NCBI RefSeq assembly: GCF_964204645.1
Contig: NC_134029.1
Location: 23,058,950-23,122,949 of the forward strand
DNA length: 64,000 nucleotides
Direction: 5' to 3'
From: Tubulanus polymorphus
Lineage: Eukaryota > Animalia > Nemertea
Shown: positions 57,067 through 64,000 of the stretch, one piece after another
Numbering within the stretch: the first letter of the stretch is position 1
Layout: every line of letters begins with the position of its first letter
Translations under genes and position numbers: made by a program
Notes under the pieces: model-generated
Database searches by the model: none
What the model was told of the DNA's origin: nothing
The model's input: only the letters and a program-made list of their open reading frames with translations

Positions 57067-60000
57067 ATGACACTTTCCCGAGCTGTTGACGGTATTTTGA
57101 TAAATGTTTGCATTGTATTGAGTTTGATACTGTATCTAAGAAGTTTTGGTTTTACTGATTCGGTCGTTTATTTCACTCAAACAGGTAAAAACCAGCGCAA
57201 AGCTTACCATATTCAGCAAAATCAAGTCCAATTCAAATCTATTTTATTTTTCCTCTTATTATGACATGATAGTGCTGGCTCTACTATGCGGTGTTGTTGC
57301 CACATACCTTGAAGTTCAAAGCTGTTCGCGCTTGATAAGTCTAACAGTGGGATGGAAACTTAGGTAAGTCCAAGTCAATAATGACGTTAGAATACCTTTG
57401 AAAAAAAAAAAAAAATATAATTTAAGATTTGTACTTAGGATGATTGTTCAGTCAATGAAATTGCATTTCAGACCCAACGTCAGTACTGGCTACAGCTCTG
57501 TTGTTTTGTTACCATTCGCTTTGTTGACAAGAGGATTTCTAAAACCAGGTATGAGAGAGATAAGTGAAAAATAGGCCCCTTTTCTTTATTCCTCCAACAA
57601 CAAATTTTTTGAATCACGTATTCGCAAATTATCCACTTCCTTCGTGAAAATACTTCTAGTACTTACCTTTACTATTATGTTATTGTAGATGATTATAACA
57701 TCGCGATGTCGTTATTCACGACAATAATTCTGATGTCGTCAATGATTGTAATCTGTTCGGTACAAGTTGCCAGCTGTAATATCAGCACGAAAGATTCGCG
57801 AGCGCGAAGAAAACCGAACCAATCGAACAGCAACATACTCACTGATTTTATACTGCCGTATCCGTTCAATTTGTGGTCGCCGTCACATTTAGCATTGGTT
57901 TTTCTCGGACTCTGTTTCCTCTACAGTTGCGGAGCTGGTAAGATTCTCTTACAGATTCCCTACAACTCCTTGATTCTTTAAAAAGTACCAATTTAGGAGG
58001 AGTCTACAGTAATTTGGATATGAAAGTTACGCAGACATCCTTGAAATTTTCTCCTAATATCGAGGGGCCAGTTGCACAGTTGTGACTTAAGTCCAAAAGT
58101 GGTCTTAGATCTTAAGACTGGTCTTAGTCGTTAGATTGGCTATAGTCTTTCTGATTGTGCCGTTTTTGTGTAATTTCAGGTTGGTCGTATTTCCTGGTCG
58201 TTACATTCTGTCAGATCATGTATTTGTGTTTGCTAAGCGTTAGTCTTCACGAATTCCCGGCCTCTTTCACAATCGGTGAAGCGATGATTCTTACGCAAGG
58301 AATAACGATGTTAGTGTTCGATACAATCTGTGATATACTGAGAAAAGTAAGTTTAAAAACTGACATATTAAATTGTGTATGAAACTGAATGGGATCTTTC
58401 ACGGTTCTAGCAGAGTAGGCCTACTGGGAATTCAGGGCAAACTTTGGAAATATTACGGAAATTGATAGATTTTATTTACCGATATTTAAGAAATATGTTG
58501 TTTGCTCATTGCGTAGTGTTGTTGACAGAAGCAAGTTTCTTAAATTATTTTTATCATCCAGTAACCTATAAGATGTTGTAAGAAAAAATCGAAAAATCAC
58601 CCATAAAAATACTGCAGGATAAACTAGGAAATGTACCGGAATGTTGATTAATCATATCACCACTATTATCTATTGCAGGTTGATTTATTTGTTTGTCGGT
58701 TTGACTCCACTGTAAGCTCTGAAGCTGCTTATATAACGAAAGTAAGATTCAATCACATCGGTAAGATTTAAATGTCGATATTCTCCGAGTCTGAAATGAT
58801 TTTGCGCTTTCCGTTGCAGATTATATTCGTATCGTTATTGCTGATGTCGATTGTTTTATATATGGTGCCGCGATTGAGAACGTCCTCACTGTTTTATACA
58901 GCATGTTTAATCATCTGTCTCATATTTACATTACCGTTACTGTATTACGGAATACAGAAAAATGTATTTACATGGCTTTTAAACTATTTATTCGTCAAAG
59001 AGAAGGTATGTTTGAGCAATGTATAAGGCTAAACAAAAATGATACCTTGTTTCTCCGCAGCGGCCGGGTCATTTTTGTAAAATATGATAAAATTTATAAA
59101 CAGTTCATTTCTATAGCGGCCGGGTCTGTTATGGTGAAATTGATCACGATTTAAAAAAAAGTAATGTATAGGGTAGATAGGCGGCCGGCCGGGTCAACAT
59201 TTAAGCTCAGCAGAGCGGAGAAACAAGGTATCAATTTTTTTTGGCCTAATTATTGTTCCATATATGAAGGATTTGCCTTATCACATGTACATATGTGTTT
59301 TTGGGCTGATCTAGGAAAATTGGAAGGCCAGGGTTGAGGGATGGGGTCCAGTTCCATAGTCAAGACTTACGACCAAAAGTTGTCGTAAATCTTAAGACTT
59401 GTCTTAAGTTGTTAGATTGGCTATAGAACTAATTTGGTCTTAGAACGGTCTTAAGTCTAAGCCCTGACTATGGAACCTGCCCCAGGAGAAAAGAAAAGGC
59501 ATTTCTCTGATAACGCCGAGTCAAAGGCTTCCGAAATGTTGCGATTTCCGAGAGGACGAGCGTCAAATTTACAGGTTTTAATGATCACTTTCTTGATGAA
59601 GAAGGCCACCACAATGGGAAGGCAGAGGTCCAGATTCCCGAGATCAGCCCCTTAAATCCGCCCCTGGTTTTATGTTCACACAATTAATATTCTCAACTCT
59701 TTCCATTGTAGATTTATCTAATCGCGTACTGGGCATTTATAACGCTGATATGTATAGTCATTGTGATCGTAAAAAATAAACATTCCTCATCGCAACAGAA
59801 AGTTTCCACGAAAGTACGAAAATACTTCCATTTAGCAGCAGTATTGATCTTCATACCGGGGTTAATAGTTGATCCAGAACTTCTCCTATTCGCATCCGGA
59901 GCAGCATTAGCAATATTAGTCTTATTAGAGGTACGTAATCAGTCTTATTTTATTCATCAATACCGGTATATCAACTTCAACAACATTTTCCTGAATGTCT

Positions 60001-60811
60001 CGTATTTTGTTCAGTTTATTAGATTCTTACGAATACGACCACTGGGCGAAATACTGAACAACGCGTTTCGAATTTTTTTGGATGAAAAAGACCAAGGATC
60101 TTTGATCGTCACTCATATTTATCTACTGGTTGGGTGTACCCTCCCACTGTGGCTATATCCGTATTCTTTAAATATTCAATATGGTAAGAATATGGCAACG
60201 AGGAATCATTTTTTTAGCCTTTCGAAGATTCAAAGGGTTAACTTAAAGTTTTAAGTTACTTGTAAAATCTGAAATTCTGACGGAAGATTCCACGGGTTAA
60301 CTTAATGTTTTTAGTAATAGTTATGACGTGTAAAATCTGAAATTGTAACAGGTAAATTTGATGTTTCATTTTGACAGTATATCTATACCAACTATGTTAT
60401 TTATATCTGTAGGTTGTATGTTGTTATGGTTTGCCGGTATTCTATCAGTTGGTGTAGGAGATACTGCAGCCTCTGTTATAGGATCAATGTGCGGCCGTCA
60501 TAAATGGCCAGACGGACACAAATCAATGGAAGGAACGTTAGCCGCGATTATGGCTCAGTCTCTATTTTGTTTCGTGATTTCTATGTTTGGTACGTACCGC
60601 TAGTTCCTGTTTCGGATATTCTGAATAATGAAATTTATGATCATATATTTTTTTATTTGTAGGTATTTTGCCGGAGTTTTCGCACAATTGTATCATGATG
60701 CTCGTGGTTATTGTATTGACGTCTCTTCTAGAAGCGTTCACTACACAAATAGACAATCTCATTCTGCCGTTATACGCATACAACTGTTTACAAGCATTAC
60801 TAATGGCCTAA
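57067..60811 (+). CDS. DOLK: Dolichol kinase, multi-exon
   Basis: SFTIGEA, RKYFHL, FLDEKDQGSLIVTHIYLLVG, GVGDTAAS..KSMEGT, LEAFTTQIDNLILP; stop at 60809-60811. Confidence 0.94.
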
Positions 60812-61311
60812 TGTCTATTTCAGCTTAGGTTGAGAGGACGTCGGGTGGCCTAGCACAGTCAGTTTTGGAAGAACTCGCCTGATAGAGGTCTTTGTGCTGG
60901 TCCTTTAAAGACCTACCTATATCAGGCTTGTACTAACAAAACTGACGTCCTCTCAAGACATTAGGAGTTTTCAGTTTGATACCTCGATTTTTGCATAATG
61001 AATTTTGATCTGATTTAAATTGAAATAATTGACAGTACTGTTTACTTCATGAATTCAATACTACTTTGAATGACGAGTGGCGATTGAAATTTATTGTGAA
61101 CAAATTTGAATATTTTTTATAATTCACCAACTTTGATGGGGAGTGCATTATTATATCGTTGATGTACGCGTGTATTATGTATTTGTTTACATTGATTGAT
61201 ACAATGCTTGTAATAAACGCATCGAATTTTATGTAATGGTTATATTACATTAATGGAAAATGAAGGACGATGCTGTCACAATCATTCATGGCTTCTTAAG
61301 ATAATCACCGA

Positions 61312-61432
61312 TAAAGTGGGTCCTGGCTCATATCCAGGGGATGAGAAAGCTAAAGTGGGTCCTGGCTCATATCCAGGGAATGAGAAAGCTAAAGTGGGTC
61401 CAGGCTCATATCCAGGGAATGAGAATGCTAAA
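61312..61432. repeat. 39-bp tandem repeat x3
   Basis: taaagtgggtcctggctcatatccagggaatgagaaagc. Confidence 0.95.
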
Positions 61433-62191
61433 TCTCAAGTCATTTTTGGCCAATTGGGACTTCAGGAAATTGCATTAACTTTCAGTCCGTACACGGAATC
61501 CAGTTATTTTGGGAAGTTTTGAAGACGCTTCAATGATTGTCTTGATCGTTGGTTCATACATGTATCTACACTAAACTGGCCCGATCAGAATCAAGTTTAG
61601 CAGCAGTACAGCACATGATCAGTTGATCCTCTGTCAGCAAGCGTCGCATTCAAGCATGCAACCTAAAAAATAATTTCCTAATCTAATTTCCTCAATAAAA
61701 ACCATATTTGGCAATGAAGACTATACTTACAAGTTGAAAAATTATAGTTATCCTGTAGATTAGTAAAACCCATTAAAAAAATTAAGGCGAAGAAATACTG
61801 AATAAGAAAACCCAATGATTTTCATGTATCAAAAATTTGCGTATTTTATTTCATTGTTACCACGATATATCAATATATGACGCATCATCATATCAAGAAT
61901 GTATTACAAATCAAAATATAAATAGTGTTCTCTTAATAGCACAATAACATAAAACTGTTCAATCATTTGAATTTACACTAATTCACCTTCATAAATCATG
62001 GAATCATTTAGAAAAGTAGATTTTATTTGCACACGTTTTTACACATATTTGTTCCACTATACAAATACATTGCACAATAATGTATAAACTTACAAAATTA
62101 TCACAGATGATTAAAAATAGAATTTTCAATAAAAAGAAACTTCTTTAATGTAAGAATTCAACCGAACATGTAGTTTATGATTGACGGAGAA

Positions 62192-63631
62192 TTACACATA
62201 TTTTTTCCTTTCTTCATCCTTAAATTTTATTTCCTCACTTCTTAATTCCTGGAAAAATTTATGCAAGTCTTTTATTCCTTTGCAGTCGTTCGCTTGCCAC
62301 ACGTACAGCTGATAATGCTCCAATGAGTCTGTATCTTGTTTAGACATATTACATGATTTCTGCGCGACGATATACCTATCACCAACTGGTATCAACTGTT
62401 TTATCACACCTCTCGTCAGACTGTGTGCGTTTGAATGTAAAACACCCATTATGCACCCATAATCAGCATTATCTCCAATATTTACTACTATAATTTTGCC
62501 ATTCTTTTTGCTAATCCACAACGTATCCTTCACCACAACAACAGACGTCACGATGTTACGAGCAGTTATTGACGGTGTGTGTTCCAGATTAGGATGAGTC
62601 CTCACAAACGCATGAACTCGACTGACATCTCCATCCCCACTTACAGTAGAAGCATGCTTCCTCGCAAATGAGTGATCTAGACTGTTATCCCTATCCCCAC
62701 TTATAGTAGAAGCACGTGTTTTGCCATATGAAGTATATTCAGCCTGTGGATTTGGTAAAGTATGACTTGTAGAATTGTACACAGTACTGACGCTTTCAAA
62801 CGATTTGTTCTCATCAGTTTCCCTGACGATCATTTGCGCTACTTTTTTCAACGTTTCCTTGTCATTCTGCGAACCGTCGCCGTCCTCTTTGACTACTAAC
62901 GGCGACTTATGAAGACTTCGCAGGAATACATCGGCGAGACTTTCTTCTGTCGTATCGTGTTCGATATCGTCTAAAATCGACGACTCGACGTCATCACTAG
63001 TGTCCGATTTCAGCGTTGACTCTAAAGTAGAAATCGAATCAATTGAACTATCGGCTGCGTCTGCTTCTGCGTCTGCTGCAGAGAACGTTGATGTCATCAA
63101 ACTCTCTGCGATCACCGTATTTATAATATCCGTGTCGCAGTGAAACACGCGAGTTAATTGACGAGAACTCGCCGAAAACTGAAGAATACGCGTAGCATCT
63201 TTCTGCATGCACCAAACTCTGTCATCCAACGATTTCAACGATTCGATTTGCGCTTGCGCATCCAAGTATATGCGTTTTCCTTCGATTTTACTCGTTTTTG
63301 TACTCAGAACGGTTATCATATTACCTGCACTCACCCATATTTCATATTGGTCTAAAACGTGTTCCATACATTTCACTTCTGATGATGAACAAACTGTCTC
63401 ATGAGTAAGTATGTAAACTTTCGAAATCAACTGCCATTCGAACCTGACTTTTTTCCCTTTATAAAATGACTCGTAAAATTGATCGTTGTCCCTGCTTGAT
63501 GATGAAGTGCTGGTATTCTCCTCATGGGCGTTCTTTGTTCCATAGATGACTACATAACCATTGCTAGTACCGATATAAATACGCTGGTTGAATTCCTGAT
63601 GTCCATATATGAACGACTCCCTATCAGGTTC
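62192..63631 (-). CDS. Large terminal exon of an LRRK/ROCO-like gene (WD40-type propeller with acidic insert); gene continues beyond the window
   Basis: Acceptor ttattcag at 63634-63632; IYIGTSNGYVVIY, EIWVSAG, DTLWISKKNGKIIVV and a C-terminal helix reminiscent of LRRK1. Confidence 0.6.
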   Translation of the reverse strand, partial: EPDRESFIYGHQEFNQRIYIGTSNGYVVIYGTKNAHEENTSTSSSSRDNDQFYESFYKGKKVRFEWQLISKVYILTHETVCSSSEVKCMEHVLDQYEIWVSAGNMITVLSTKTSKIEGKRIYLDAQAQIESLKSLDDRVWCMQKDATRILQFSASSRQLTRVFHCDTDIINTVIAESLMTSTFSAADAEADAADSSIDSISTLESTLKSDTSDDVESSILDDIEHDTTEESLADVFLRSLHKSPLVVKEDGDGSQNDKETLKKVAQMIVRETDENKSFESVSTVYNSTSHTLPNPQAEYTSYGKTRASTISGDRDNSLDHSFARKHASTVSGDGDVSRVHAFVRTHPNLEHTPSITARNIVTSVVVVKDTLWISKKNGKIIVVNIGDNADYGCIMGVLHSNAHSLTRGVIKQLIPVGDRYIVAQKSCNMSKQDTDSLEHYQLYVWQANDCKGIKDLHKFFQELRSEEIKFKDEERKKYV

Positions 63632-64000
63632 CTGAATAAAAAAATTCAATCAGAGAAATTGAAAGTTGCAGTTTGTCTGGTACACATTAATCAGTCCTAA
63701 GACCGAAGTTACCGGCAATGAAAATACAGTGGAACCTCGTTAGTACGATTCGGCTTACAACAAACCTCAGTAGTACGACGAATTTAAGAATTTCCAGCTT
63801 TTCCTATAGAAATGTTTGCTAAGTACGATCACATTAATAGGAAATATCCGGTAATGCGATGTAAAATCTTATGGGCTCCTATTCGTTTCAATTGCCATAA
63901 ATAAACACGCATAGTACCATGGTCCAAAATAAGTTTCCCTTTTTTAAAGTTGGACTCGTATGCATTATTCTTGTGTCCTCTGAATCTTTTGATTGCACAT

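Noticed and set aside
61253-61522. ORF with KVGPGSYPG repeats
   Set aside because: Open frame explained by a 39-bp tandem repeat between convergent 3' ends

Overview
Compact, AT-rich, intron-dense invertebrate (probably spiralian) nuclear DNA. Spliced genes reconstructed by hand: EXOSC9(-), an intronless divergent class-A GPCR nested antisense in an EXOSC9 intron, a P4-ATPase flippase ATP8A1/2(+), WDR93(-), NDUFC2(+; absent from the ORF track), NEIL3(+), AASDH(-), DOLK(+) and the terminal exon of an LRRK/ROCO-like WD40 gene(-). An intact 6.1-kb DIRS1-type tyrosine-recombinase retrotransposon (identical ITRs plus ICR) sits in a WDR93 intron, and many MITEs and fold-backs occupy introns. Best candidates for something new: (1) a candidate splicing switchboard in the flippase C-terminal regulatory tail, made of several frame-preserving microexons, an alternative PDZ-type end, and a dual-coding last exon reached by skipping the 44-nt GFAFS exon; (2) a U12 minor intron in EXOSC9 that contains a 554-bp fold-back; (3) splice signals in the DIRS element that could couple it to WDR93. 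Gene identities come from recalled motifs; no database search or expression data were available.
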